Shown: piece after piece, positions 54,342 through 64,000 of the stretch
How positions within the stretch are numbered: the first letter of the stretch is position 1
How the letters are laid out: the number at the start of each line of letters is the position of its first letter
NCBI GenBank assembly: GCA_040377305.1
Contig: JBEIPA010000002.1
Location: 32,001-96,000, forward strand
Source: Flavobacteriales bacterium
GTDB taxonomy: Bacteria > Bacteroidota > Bacteroidia > Palsa-965
Reading direction: 5' to 3'
DNA: 64,000 nt
The notes under the pieces: generated by a model
Seen by the model: the letters and a program-made list of their open reading frames with translations, nothing else
Database searches by the model: none
What the model was told of the DNA's origin: nothing
Made by a program: the position numbers and the translations under genes

Positions 54342-56444
54342 ATGAAGATTAAAAAATGGATCCTTCCGGTAATTGCACTGCTGATTGCAATTCCAACATT
54401 GGTATCGGCGCAAGGAAAACCCAACCTGCACGTTTCGTGGACTTACACGGTAAAGCCATTGAGTGATTGCGAATTCGATCTCATTTTCACGGCGACGATT
54501 GAAAAGGATTGGCATTTATATTCACAGATTCCGGTAACAGATGGTCCACTGCCAACTGTTTTCATGTTCGATCCTTCCCTTGATTATAAATTGGTTGGTA
54601 AAACTTCAGAACCCAAGCCAATTGAAAAGGAAGAAGAGGTTTTCGGTCCTGGAATTATCATCAAGTACTTCGAGAACAAAGCTGTATTTCATCAGAAAGT
54701 CAAAGCGCTTTCCAATAAACCATTCAAGATAACAGGAGCAATTGATGGTATGGCTTGCAGCGATATGCAATGTGTCAATTTCTTCCCCTATCCCATCTTT
54801 TCTTTCGACATTCCTCTTTGCAGCGGGGGAGCAACTACAACTGCAACGGATAGTTTTCCAAAATTCGATTCTGTTAAGTGGCAGCACACGCAAGATTCAA
54901 TTCGCATTCGGAAAGAAGATTCAACACGTAAAGCCGACAGCATTAAAAACAATGGCCAACCAAAAAATGGTGACGCCAATTCAGCTGGCACGCTTAAACA
55001 AGGAGGTACATCTGTTTGGGCGGCTTTCGGTGGAGGATTTATTGGAGGATTGCTCGCCTTAATTACTCCGTGTGTATTTCCAATGATTCCAATGACGGTG
55101 AGTTTCTTCACAAAGCGGGCAAAGAACCGTAAGAAAGGAATTCGCGACGCGATTATTTATGCATTTTCAATCGTTGCAATTTATGTTTCACTTGGGTTGT
55201 TGGTTACACTTGCTACAGGAAATCCCCAAACACTGAACCAACTCTCTGCTAACATTTGGTTCAACCTTATCTTCTTCGCGGTATTCGTCGTCTTCGGGAT
55301 TTCATTTTTGGGTGCATTTGAAATTACACTGCCCTCCGCATTCGTGAACAAAATTGATCGCGCATCCGATAAAGGTGGATTGCTTGGAATATTCTTCATG
55401 GCATTCACCCTTTCGCTCGTGTCATTTTCATGCACAGGTCCAATAGTTGGAACGGCGTTGGTTGAAGCAACAAAAGCAGGGATCACAGGACCGCTGTTTG
55501 TAATGCTCGGATTTTCAATTGCGCTTGCTTTGCCGTTCATGTTGTTCGCGATGTTCCCGGGATGGCTGAACTCACTTCCAAAATCAGGAGGATGGCTTAA
55601 TTCAGTAAAGGTTGTAATGGGGCTCCTTGAATTTGCATTGGCATTAAAGTTTCTTTCGAATGTCGATTTGTCGTACCACTGGGGAATAATTACACGTGAA
55701 GTATTCATCGCGATGTGGATCGTGTGCTTCTCATTGATCGGATTTTATCTTCTGGGCAAAATCAAATTCTCCCACGATAGCGATTTGCCACATGTTTCAG
55801 TTCCACGAACCATATTCGCAATTTTCACTTTCGCATTTGTGGTGTATCTGATTCCTGGAATGTGGGGCGCACCAATACGAATGCTAAGTGGAATTCTGCC
55901 ACCGTCGTATTACAGCGAGAATATTGAAATGTTTAGTGGTGGTGGATCGGTAATGACAACGAACGATTCATTACCAGAGGGAATTGATCCTTCGCACTGT
56001 CCGCTCAATCTGAATTGCTTCCACGAATACGATAAAGCACTCGCATACGCGAAGAAAATGAACAAACCTCTCTTCGTCGATTTCACTGGATACAATTGCG
56101 CAAATTGTCGACGCATGGAAGACAATGTGTGGCCAGATCCTTCTGTCAAGAAGCAATTGGAAAGCGACTACATTGTTGTTTCACTGTACTGTGACGATAA
56201 AGAGGAGCTTCCCGATAATCTGAAGTACACGACTGAAGGAGGAATTAAAATTGATACGTGGGGACACAAATGGAGTCAGATGCAGATCGATCGATATGGT
56301 CTAAACGGACAGCCGACATATGTGTTGCTAGATCACGATGAGAAACTCCTTTACGCTCCGATTCCTTACACTCCGGATATTGAAGAATATGCGAAACTGC
56401 TTAAGGACGGTGTAGCGAAGTTCAACGGAATACACGGTAAATAA
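54342..56444 (+). CDS. dsbD: Thiol:disulfide interchange protein DsbD
   Basis: WHLYS and CSDMQC N-domain; LITPCVFPMIP and SFSCTGP TM cysteines; DFTGYNCANCRRME thioredoxin domain. Confidence 0.93.
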   Translation: MKIKKWILPVIALLIAIPTLVSAQGKPNLHVSWTYTVKPLSDCEFDLIFTATIEKDWHLYSQIPVTDGPLPTVFMFDPSLDYKLVGKTSEPKPIEKEEEVFGPGIIIKYFENKAVFHQKVKALSNKPFKITGAIDGMACSDMQCVNFFPYPIFSFDIPLCSGGATTTATDSFPKFDSVKWQHTQDSIRIRKEDSTRKADSIKNNGQPKNGDANSAGTLKQGGTSVWAAFGGGFIGGLLALITPCVFPMIPMTVSFFTKRAKNRKKGIRDAIIYAFSIVAIYVSLGLLVTLATGNPQTLNQLSANIWFNLIFFAVFVVFGISFLGAFEITLPSAFVNKIDRASDKGGLLGIFFMAFTLSLVSFSCTGPIVGTALVEATKAGITGPLFVMLGFSIALALPFMLFAMFPGWLNSLPKSGGWLNSVKVVMGLLEFALALKFLSNVDLSYHWGIITREVFIAMWIVCFSLIGFYLLGKIKFSHDSDLPHVSVPRTIFAIFTFAFVVYLIPGMWGAPIRMLSGILPPSYYSENIEMFSGGGSVMTTNDSLPEGIDPSHCPLNLNCFHEYDKALAYAKKMNKPLFVDFTGYNCANCRRMEDNVWPDPSVKKQLESDYIVVSLYCDDKEELPDNLKYTTEGGIKIDTWGHKWSQMQIDRYGLNGQPTYVLLDHDEKLLYAPIPYTPDIEEYAKLLKDGVAKFNGIHGK

Positions 56445-56445
56445 C

Positions 56446-56480
56446 AAAACGCCTCGACGATAGAACGTCGGGGCGTTTTT
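56446..56480. terminator. Bidirectional Rho-independent terminator
   Basis: AAAACGCCTCGACG / CGTCGGGGCGTTTTT between convergent dsbD and lptB. Confidence 0.85.
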
Positions 56481-56489
56481 ATTTATGAA

Positions 56490-57224
56490 TTAATGCGTCG
56501 GTTTTCTCAACTCAAAATTCTTTCCGAGGTATACACGTCTCACTTGTTCGTCCGCTGCCAGTTCTTCTGCAGTGCCGGCTTTCAGGATTTTTCCTTCGAA
56601 CAATAAGTAAGCCCGATCGGTAATCGTGAGTGTTTCGTGTACGTTGTGATCGGTGATGAGAATACCGATGTTCTTTCTTTTCAAGCCGTAAACTACCTGC
56701 TGAATATCTTCCACCGCAATCGGATCGACTCCGGCAAATGGTTCATCGAGGAGAATAAATTTCGGATCGTTGGCAAGTGCGCGTGCAATTTCGGTTCTGC
56801 GTCGCTCTCCACCCGAAAGTGCATCACCATTATTCTTGCGAATGTGCTGCAAACCGAATTCATCCAAAAGTGTTTCGAGCTTATTAGCCTGTTCACCTTT
56901 TGTAAGCTTCGTCATTTCCAGCACGGCCTTAATGTTTGACTCTACCGTAAGCTTGCGAAACACAGAAGCTTCCTGTGCGAGATAACCGATTCCACGTTGC
57001 GCGCGCCGATACATCGGTTCACGTGTGATGTCGACATCGTCAAGATAAACCTTACCGGAATTCGGCTGAATCATTCCTACAATCATGTAGAAAGAAGTGG
57101 TTTTCCCTGCTCCGTTCGGACCAAGCAATCCAACAATTTCACCTTGTCTTACTTCAATAGAAACGCCTTGCACTACTGTGCGGCTTTTATATTTTTTGAT
57201 GATGTTGGTTGCTCCGAGAATCAC
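56490..57224 (-). CDS. lptB: LPS export ABC transporter ATP-binding protein
   Basis: [62 protein letters not shown]. Confidence 0.96.
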   Translation of the reverse strand: MILGATNIIKKYKSRTVVQGVSIEVRQGEIVGLLGPNGAGKTTSFYMIVGMIQPNSGKVYLDDVDITREPMYRRAQRGIGYLAQEASVFRKLTVESNIKAVLEMTKLTKGEQANKLETLLDEFGLQHIRKNNGDALSGGERRRTEIARALANDPKFILLDEPFAGVDPIAVEDIQQVVYGLKRKNIGILITDHNVHETLTITDRAYLLFEGKILKAGTAEELAADEQVRRVYLGKNFELRKPTH

Positions 57225-57291
57225 AGCACAAAGGTATGAGGAATGGGTAATGAGGGACGTGGAATGCGCATTATTATGAAGAGTTAACCAA

Positions 57292-59775
57292 TCAGAATAA
57301 TACTTGTAATGAAATACGGATTCCGCTGTACCAGGCAGTATTTACACCGGGCAGATCGCGATAATTCACCCGATAAAAATAGTCGACGCGGAAGAAACGA
57401 AAGATATTCTCGACGCCAAGTCCCCATTCCATAAACGGACGTTTGTTCAGCGAATGCAAGGTGGTTGGAAATGCAAGCACATCTGTATTCGCCGTATTTA
57501 CACTACCGAACACGCAACGGAACGAAGCAACCTCACGCCATTTGAGTTTACGCATCAGTGGAATTTTGTTCAGGAAGAAACCGTCGAAGTGATGAATAAG
57601 AGTTGCCATTGCATACTGATCGCTGGCGAATTCATAATAATTCATCGTGTTGAAAGAGGCCCAATCGTACACGTAGGTCTGGTTACCCGGATGCAGAATC
57701 ATAAGCGGGTAAGGCAAAGTTCCCCAGATTTTTCCTGCTTCCAGAATGTAGTTCGTATAACCAATCGGGTTAATGCGAATACGGTCATCCAGATTTATAC
57801 TGAGCTTGTGATAGGAGTAATCGGAATCGAAAACTCCTTTCAATCCGGCAACATACTGAACCTGTATAATCGGAAAACGAGTACCCATACTTACGCGGGA
57901 GAAAACACCTTCCACATATTTCTCATCCCACGCGAAACGCAATTGAGTTCTGATCTCCGATGTGTGAATGCCTGGTTTATACTGGCGCTCACCGGTAACA
58001 GAACTGATGTGATAATAAGAAGTATCATTCAACGGATACATACTTCGGTTCACAAGCGACATTCGCATATTGAAGCCCACCCACCAGTCGCGCTCATACC
58101 AAACTTCATATTGCTCAACACGTGTCATGTTGTTCAATGGATTCGTCCGGAACAACGAAGCAAGAGCGTTGTCACTGGTAAACGCGTTATTACTGTTACC
58201 AAGAATTTCGTAGTCGTTCTTGTAATTGATTCCAACAAGTTGTCGTGGCTTCTTCGTGATGAAAGACTTGAAACCGAAATTGTATTTGAATTCTTTATCG
58301 TCCAAACCATAGGCGACATAACCACTCGCTTCGACCCATCGACTGAATGCATTGCTCGTTCGTCCACCTATTCTGAATCGCCAACCTTCAATCTGGTTTT
58401 TCGAAACGGTTTTGTACCAGGGACCATATTCCATTGGACCTACAATCTTGTAACCCGAATATCCGGTGATGATCACATCCTGCCACGTTTTGTAAATAGC
58501 CAGATTCTGCACGGAGTCAACCATGTTATAAATTCCTTCTTCACGACTGGAGAGTGTATCATGTCGCGCATTCGCCCAGAACGCACTGTCTCTCTTCTCC
58601 GCACCTTCCTCAACTATAAGATTTTCCGTTCGCGTATAGAAGTCATCTTCCTTGCATTGGTTCACAACGATATTTCGGTATGAAGTGGTTTTCCTTCCGT
58701 ACAACCCGAGTTGCTTTTTACTGAGTGTCTGGAAGTCGGCAACAACACGCTCCTGCGTCAACATCCACGCGCCGGAAGTATTATCGTAATCCTGAATTAC
58801 ATAAAATGCTTTGCAGTAATTCAGGTTCGCATCATCCGTAATAGTCATCTCCAATCGCTTAACTGCAAATGCGGTGTCAGCAATCCACATATTACCATCG
58901 AACAGCAATTCCTGTTTACGCTTCGGTACGAACTGAATCTGGTAGCACCAATGTCCGTCTATGGAAATACTATCAATAAGATAATACTTGTAGAAGAAGG
59001 TCCCCTGATTCGAAATCGGACTCACGAAATGCTTCCCGAAGAGAATTATATTGTTCTCGTAGATGTTTACATCCTGATACATCTCTCCCGTAAACTGAGC
59101 AACCGATGCGTCCTCAATTCCGGAAACCTGTGAACCTTTGATGACTTCTTTTTTCGTCTTTGGATCTTTCCGGTAGTAAAAATCAGAAACCGATTCCGAG
59201 AAAAACATCGGGAGCTGCGGCTTTTCCATTGGATTCGTACTGTCTATACCATCGAAAATAAATTTCACCGGACGCATGATCTTAGAGTTCTGGAAATCTT
59301 CCGAGATATTGTTCAGATCGAATTCCAGTTTATTGTACGCTTCGTACTGATAGCACTCGTGCTTCTCCTTGTTATTCTCTGGTTTGTGGGCCCACACTTT
59401 TTTGAGAAGTGTAACTGCAGGATTTTCCCCCGGATAAATCGTTACTGTATTTAATGCAACGGAATTTGTTGCCAATGGAATATTCAGCGTTTGCTTTACG
59501 CCATGTTTGATGGGAAGAACTGCGGGCTTGTAACCGATGTATTGTGCTCTGATAGAATCTGCCCGTACATCAGTGTTGATGGTATAATTCCCATCGATAT
59601 CACTCACAGCTCCAACCTTAGTACCAACGAGAATGATGTTCACGAAAGGCATTGGCTCCTGCGTGAGAGAATCGTAAATCTTACCGGTAATAATCGTGAC
59701 TTGTCCGGCGAGATTCTGGGAGAAAAACGCGAGTGTAAAAATTAGCGCAACTGCACGTAAAAGTCGGATAATCAT
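57292..59775 (-). CDS. DUF5686 / carboxypeptidase-regulatory-like domain outer membrane protein
   Basis: [19 protein letters not shown]-domain; FVSPIS, YKYYL.DS; beta-barrel strands; HHFDG...KIPL..KL; terminal Phe. Confidence 0.85.
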   Translation of the reverse strand: MIIRLLRAVALIFTLAFFSQNLAGQVTIITGKIYDSLTQEPMPFVNIILVGTKVGAVSDIDGNYTINTDVRADSIRAQYIGYKPAVLPIKHGVKQTLNIPLATNSVALNTVTIYPGENPAVTLLKKVWAHKPENNKEKHECYQYEAYNKLEFDLNNISEDFQNSKIMRPVKFIFDGIDSTNPMEKPQLPMFFSESVSDFYYRKDPKTKKEVIKGSQVSGIEDASVAQFTGEMYQDVNIYENNIILFGKHFVSPISNQGTFFYKYYLIDSISIDGHWCYQIQFVPKRKQELLFDGNMWIADTAFAVKRLEMTITDDANLNYCKAFYVIQDYDNTSGAWMLTQERVVADFQTLSKKQLGLYGRKTTSYRNIVVNQCKEDDFYTRTENLIVEEGAEKRDSAFWANARHDTLSSREEGIYNMVDSVQNLAIYKTWQDVIITGYSGYKIVGPMEYGPWYKTVSKNQIEGWRFRIGGRTSNAFSRWVEASGYVAYGLDDKEFKYNFGFKSFITKKPRQLVGINYKNDYEILGNSNNAFTSDNALASLFRTNPLNNMTRVEQYEVWYERDWWVGFNMRMSLVNRSMYPLNDTSYYHISSVTGERQYKPGIHTSEIRTQLRFAWDEKYVEGVFSRVSMGTRFPIIQVQYVAGLKGVFDSDYSYHKLSINLDDRIRINPIGYTNYILEAGKIWGTLPYPLMILHPGNQTYVYDWASFNTMNYYEFASDQYAMATLIHHFDGFFLNKIPLMRKLKWREVASFRCVFGSVNTANTDVLAFPTTLHSLNKRPFMEWGLGVENIFRFFRVDYFYRVNYRDLPGVNTAWYSGIRISLQVLF

Positions 59776-59781
59776 CAGTTA

Positions 59782-59925
59782 CGAATATACGAACCGTTCC
59801 CTGTTTCCGGTTCCCGGTCCCCAGTGAAATCAGAGCTATTTTTCAAGAAATTACTACGAAGCGAATGGAAGGTTTTTGAAACTGATCTGTGATACCACAA
59901 ATACAGGAAACCGGGAACGGGGAAC
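59782..59925. repeat. Inverted heptamer arms, one adjacent to a minus-strand -7-like box
   Basis: CCGTTCC CTGTTTC CGGTTCC CGGTCCC (59794-59821) vs AGGAAAC CGGGAAC GGGGAAC (59905-59925); TATATTCG on minus at 59782-59789. Confidence 0.6.
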
Positions 59926-60266
59926 TATTGCTGTTCGAGTGCCTCCCAGTATTCCACTGCCCTTCTCGTATGCGGAATCACAATCGTTCCGCCAACAATA
60001 TTCGCTACAGCGAAGGTTTCGAAGATTTCGTCCTTCGTTACACCTATTTCGTGGCATTTTCCGAGGTGATACTTGATGCAATCGTCGCAGCGAAGCACCA
60101 TTGAAGCGACCAATCCGAGCAATTCTTTTGTCTTCACCGGAAGTGCACCTTCCTGGTAGGTGTTGGTATCCAGATTGAACAGGCGCTTGAGAACGAGATT
60201 ATCCTGGGTAAGAATTTTCTCATTCATGCGGGCACGGTAGTCGTTGAAGTCGGTTACGAGGCTCAT
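59925..60266 (-). CDS. Carboxymuconolactone decarboxylase / AhpD family protein
   Basis: GALPVKTKELLGLVASMVLRCDDCIKYH. Confidence 0.9.
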   Translation of the reverse strand: MSLVTDFNDYRARMNEKILTQDNLVLKRLFNLDTNTYQEGALPVKTKELLGLVASMVLRCDDCIKYHLGKCHEIGVTKDEIFETFAVANIVGGTIVIPHTRRAVEYWEALEQQ

Positions 60267-60281
60267 TACAACAGTTGATTT

Positions 60282-60398
60282 ATGATTCGATGATGGAATT
60301 ATAGGATGATTAAATAGAATCTTCCAAAATATTACACTGCGCTGACTACTTACCTGAAACCCATCCGATCATTCAATCATCCGATAATCCTATCATCA
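60282..60398. repeat. Degenerate inverted octamer arms
   Basis: ATGATTCG ATGATGGA ATTATAGG ATGATTAA ... ATCATTCA ATCATCCG ATAATCCT ATCATCAG. Confidence 0.55.
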
Positions 60399-60415
60399 GT
60401 CGGAGTCAGTCCAGA

Positions 60416-61252
60416 TTACTCGGCAGCCAATCGTTTCTCTACGCGGGCGACAACCACAATGCTCACTTCATACAGAATCCAAAGTGGAACCGCCACCATG
60501 GTAAGTGTAAGAACATCGGTGGTAGGAGTGATAATTGCAGACACAATCAGGATCACGATGATTGCATGCTTACGATACTTTCTTAAAAAGCTGGCTGAGA
60601 TAATTCCGAATCGACCAAGGAAGTACATAATGATGGGCAATTCAAACACGAGTCCCATCAGGAGCACGAGCGTTGTCACTATTGAAATGTAAGAATCCAT
60701 GTTCACGTTGACATCGATGGGATCATTAATATCAATCTGATAATTGCCCAGGAAATAAACTGCCATCGGAGTCACAATCCAATAAGCAAACGCAACGCCC
60801 ATCAAAAACAAAACAGACGCGTAAAAAATAAAACCACGTGCCGCCCTGATTTCTTTTTGCTGTAACGCCGGTGAGATGAATCGCCACATCTCCCAGAGCA
60901 GATAGGGGAATCCTGCTACGAGACCGGCAACAATCGACACCCACATGTGCGTTGAGAACGCATCCAGAAGCCCGATAAACTGAAAATCGAAATCGAATAG
61001 CTTGAAACACAGTGTATCACCGAATCCCCACGATTGCGAACACTCACAAAGAAATGTGTAAGTGAAAAAATCCATTTTACTCGGTCCAAGAACAATCTTG
61101 GTAAACAGGATTTCAGGGTAACAGAACGCCGCGCCCGCAAGTACAATGATTACAATTACCGAACGCACCAAATGCCATCGCAAAGATTCGATGTGACCGA
61201 GAAAAGACATTTCGCCTTCCTTGCGGTCAGAGCGTTTGGTAAAAAGTCCCAT
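60416..61252 (-). CDS. tatC: Twin-arginine translocase subunit TatC
   Basis: EMSFLGHIESLRWHL, WRFISPAL...E, GLVFELP, LRKYRKHA, AIITPT.D, LYEVSI. Confidence 0.96.
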   Translation of the reverse strand: MGLFTKRSDRKEGEMSFLGHIESLRWHLVRSVIVIIVLAGAAFCYPEILFTKIVLGPSKMDFFTYTFLCECSQSWGFGDTLCFKLFDFDFQFIGLLDAFSTHMWVSIVAGLVAGFPYLLWEMWRFISPALQQKEIRAARGFIFYASVLFLMGVAFAYWIVTPMAVYFLGNYQIDINDPIDVNVNMDSYISIVTTLVLLMGLVFELPIIMYFLGRFGIISASFLRKYRKHAIIVILIVSAIITPTTDVLTLTMVAVPLWILYEVSIVVVARVEKRLAAE

Positions 61253-61260
61253 TGTGGCGC

Positions 61261-61391
61261 CAAAGGTAAGAAGTAGGCAAGTCCATAAGTACGTAAGTAG
61301 GCAAGTATTTACAACTCCTCACCTACTTGCCTACTTAAGACTTAAGACTTAGGACCTAGGAACTTTTTTTGCCAACGAATTCCTATCTTTC
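61261..61391. promoter_or_regulatory. Divergent promoter region with inverted AAGTAGGC / CTACTT repeat arms
   Basis: TACCTTTG on minus (61261-61268); AAGTAGGC AAGTCCAT AAGTACGT AAGTAGGC; CTACTTGC CTACTT AAGACTT AAGACTT; TATCTTTC at 61384. Confidence 0.55.
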
Positions 61392-61397
61392 ACCGCT

Positions 61398-63665
61398 ATG
61401 CGCCGCGTCGAGCCCATTAAAACCGAAGTTTCAGACAAATCAACATCTGGTCCGGCACAGTCCGGTAAGCTGAACTACGGACTTTCCTTTTACGCAATTG
61501 CTGCGGTCATTCTTGGACTTCTCTTTTGGGCGTATTCCAAACACTTTGACAATCAGTTTGAATTCGACGACGCGCATTGCATTGTTCAGAACAGTGCACT
61601 CGACACCATGGACATCGGTGCGTTCATGACCGACCCTGCAACCTACTCTACTTTGCCAAAGAATCAGGCGTGGCGTCCTGGGATTACAATTATGAATTCT
61701 TTCGACACGATTCGCAGCGAAAACCGTGTTCCGGATCCGTTTCAGTTTCACCTGAACATTTTTATCAGCTACATCATCACGGGTGTGCTCGTATTTTTTA
61801 TGCTGTTGTGGTTCGTGCGTAAATCGTTTCCTGAGCTGAAGTGGGCACACATTGCCGCGCTCCTCGGCACAGGATTATTCTGGTTGCATACTGCGAATGC
61901 GGAAACAATCAACTACGTCATTGCACGTTCCGATTCTCAATCAACACTTTTTATTGTGCTGGGAATCGTCATGTTCCAATATTCGGAACTCAGCAGGAAA
62001 TATTTTCTGTTCGTAATTCCAATGGCGCTCGGATTTCTTTTCAAAGAATCTGCAATCATGCTTGCACCAATTCTCGTCGTATTCTGTTGGTTATTCACAG
62101 AAAAATTCACGAAGAATTTCCTTGTGCTCGGGGTCGCCTTTATCGCAGCCTTAATTCTTTATGGCATCTCCGCAGCAAACACACCGGAAACATGGACCCC
62201 GGGTGGAAGCAGTCCGTTCTTGTATCTCTGCACACAAGCATTTGTAATCGTTCATTACTTCTTCACGTTTGTTCTTCCTGTAAATCTCAGCGCTGATACC
62301 GATTGGACCTACGTTACATCACCCTTCGACACACGTGTGATGGCAGGAGCAGTTTTCATTTTCGCGTTGTTTGTTCTCGCAATTCGCTGGTCACGAAAAC
62401 AAGAAACACGCCTGGCTTCATTTGGAATCTTTTGGTTCTTCCTTGCGCTTGCACCAACCAGCAGCGTGGTTCCGTTTTCTGAAGTGATGAACGATCACCG
62501 CATTTTCTTTCCGTTCATCGGACTGGTGATGGTCGCTGTGAATTTTGGAATTCTAGGTTACAGAAAACTGGAGTCGTTGAATTCCTCTTTCGGAAAGTTC
62601 GCAATGCAAGGTGCAATCGCTTTACTGTTGATTGGTCATGCCATCGGTACGCACACGCGTTGCGCTGTATGGGACAACAACGAAACACTCTGGACAGATG
62701 TAACGATCAAGAGTCCCAACAATGGTCGCGGTTGGATGAACTACGGGTTAGCGATCATGCCGCGCAACCTCGATAGTGCAATTCTCGCTTTCGACAAAAC
62801 ACTTCAGTTAAGTCCTTACTATTCTTACGCGCACATCAACATGGGAATTGCGCAAGACAGCAAAGGCAACTCTGCGCTGGCTGAACAATATTTATCGCAT
62901 GCATTGCGTCTCGACAGCATCAATCCTGAAGCGTATTACTATTACGCAGAATGGCTCATCAGAAACAATCGAAGCAACGAAGCCAAATCACTTTTAGAAA
63001 AAGGATTGCAGCTAAGTCCTTCGCACGGAAGAATGGCCATGCTGCTCAATGGACTCAACAGCGGACAAAGTGGTCCATTGGGAATTGCATTGGCGAACGC
63101 AGACGCAAATCCGACTCCCGAAAATCTCTTGCAACTTAGTCTCGAATGGTACAACGCGGGAGAATATCTGCAATGCGTTCTCACTGCAGAAAAAGCAGTA
63201 GCACTGAAACCTGATTACGCAGCGGCCTGGATTAATATCTGTGCGGGTTACAACAAAATTGGAGAATTCGACAAAGCAATTGCGGCCGGCGAAAAAGCAT
63301 TTGCGCTTTCACCGAACGATCAATTGGCTATAGGAAACCTGAATTTCGCGATGACGGAAAAGAAACGCTTCGATGAAATGAACGCGCAAGCGAATGCAGC
63401 TCCAACTTACGAACGCTGGATTTCATTGAGCCTCGAATGGTACAAAGCAGGAAACTTCCGCAAGAGCTTAGAGGCCGCACAGGAAGGCGTGAAGCTGAAT
63501 CCAAATGATGCGACCGGATACAACAACGTTTGTGCTTCCGCTATCAAACTTGGTGAATTCGATATCGCCATTGAAGCTGGAGAAAATGCGGTGCGTTTAA
63601 AACCTGATTGGGAGTTGGCGAAAAATAATCTGGCAGAAGCGCAAAGACTAAAAGCGGCTAAATAA
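61398..63665 (+). CDS. TMTC-like GT-C membrane glycosyltransferase with C-terminal TPR repeats
   Basis: F.FDD...I..N after TM1, WRP, LH....E.INY..AR, KESA, P..LS.D, DHRIFFP, W.NNETLW, followed by multiple TPR motifs. Confidence 0.8.
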   Translation: MRRVEPIKTEVSDKSTSGPAQSGKLNYGLSFYAIAAVILGLLFWAYSKHFDNQFEFDDAHCIVQNSALDTMDIGAFMTDPATYSTLPKNQAWRPGITIMNSFDTIRSENRVPDPFQFHLNIFISYIITGVLVFFMLLWFVRKSFPELKWAHIAALLGTGLFWLHTANAETINYVIARSDSQSTLFIVLGIVMFQYSELSRKYFLFVIPMALGFLFKESAIMLAPILVVFCWLFTEKFTKNFLVLGVAFIAALILYGISAANTPETWTPGGSSPFLYLCTQAFVIVHYFFTFVLPVNLSADTDWTYVTSPFDTRVMAGAVFIFALFVLAIRWSRKQETRLASFGIFWFFLALAPTSSVVPFSEVMNDHRIFFPFIGLVMVAVNFGILGYRKLESLNSSFGKFAMQGAIALLLIGHAIGTHTRCAVWDNNETLWTDVTIKSPNNGRGWMNYGLAIMPRNLDSAILAFDKTLQLSPYYSYAHINMGIAQDSKGNSALAEQYLSHALRLDSINPEAYYYYAEWLIRNNRSNEAKSLLEKGLQLSPSHGRMAMLLNGLNSGQSGPLGIALANADANPTPENLLQLSLEWYNAGEYLQCVLTAEKAVALKPDYAAAWINICAGYNKIGEFDKAIAAGEKAFALSPNDQLAIGNLNFAMTEKKRFDEMNAQANAAPTYERWISLSLEWYKAGNFRKSLEAAQEGVKLNPNDATGYNNVCASAIKLGEFDIAIEAGENAVRLKPDWELAKNNLAEAQRLKAAK

Positions 63666-63667
63666 AA

Positions 63668-64000
63668 CTAGTGCTGTCCGCCGTGACCGCCACCACCACG
63701 ATTTTCACCTTTCTCTTCACCTCCACTGGCAATCGGCGCACGGAATTTCTTGATATTCCACGTAAACGTTAACATGAAGTACTGCGTCAACACATTCGTG
63801 CGCATGTCTTCGAAGTACGTTTCATTGATTGTTCGCGACAAGCTATTGTTCTGTTTAAGAATGTCGAATGCGCTGATCCGAACTTCGCACTGTTGCTTCT
63901 TCGCAAACTTGTAACCCACTGCAGCATTCCACAATACAAAATCCTGATTGAACCCAGCACCGAGACCCCGGTACCGCGTGTAATTCACATCGGTGTTGAA
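63668..64000 (-). CDS. C-terminal fragment of an outer-membrane beta-barrel protein (5' part outside window)
   Basis: Frame open to window edge; LWNAAVGYKF, FDILKQN...SR, QYFMLTFTWN. Confidence 0.8.
   Translation of the reverse strand, partial: FNTDVNYTRYRGLGAGFNQDFVLWNAAVGYKFAKKQQCEVRISAFDILKQNNSLSRTINETYFEDMRTNVLTQYFMLTFTWNIKKFRAPIASGGEEKGENRGGGGHGGQH

Noticed and set aside
57454-58683. 409-aa plus-strand ORF
   Set aside because: Fully antisense to the well-supported DUF5686 gene and has no recognisable motifs; a codon-bias shadow ORF.
1-64000. tRNA, rRNA, CRISPR arrays, integrases or transposases
   Set aside because: None recognised by inspection; tRNAscan-SE, Infernal and ISEScan would be needed to exclude small or divergent ones.

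Overview
A 64-kb chromosomal segment from a Bacteroidota (Bacteroidia-like) bacterium. The assignment rests on several type IX secretion (T9SS) C-terminal-domain proteins, a PorV/PorU-like pair, a DUF5686 outer-membrane protein and TAnnTTTG-type -7 promoter boxes. Most of the window is housekeeping: purB, rsmD, coaD, pyrE, purS, two pssA-like paralogs, lnt, hemH, pabB, tilS, dsbD, lptB and tatC. The accessory part is about 3-21 kb. (1) A LytS/LytTR two-component system is followed by secreted/T9SS genes. Four promoters there share one architecture: a CYGTTSSTGAA-like direct repeat with 20-bp period (second half-site degenerate in front of the regulator), 40-41 bp upstream of the -7 box. This suggests a local autoregulated regulon. 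(2) An AT-rich four-gene cassette (16784-19102, minus strand) encodes a 2-TM coiled-coil protein, a lamin-tail-like beta protein, a TIR/SEFIR-wHTH protein and an RxxxxH HEPN-like protein. It is bounded by an exact 27-bp direct repeat and carries a decayed copy of the 5' end of the downstream glycosyltransferase gene. It is the best candidate here for an undescribed anti-phage system, sitting in an exchangeable slot. (3) Intergenic DNA across the window carries locus-specific 6-8-bp tandem repeats, often as inverted arms abutting promoter boxes, plus at least three families of REP/REPIN-like palindromes. No rRNA, tRNA, CRISPR array, integrase or transposase was recognised. All family assignments are by motif recognition, not database search.
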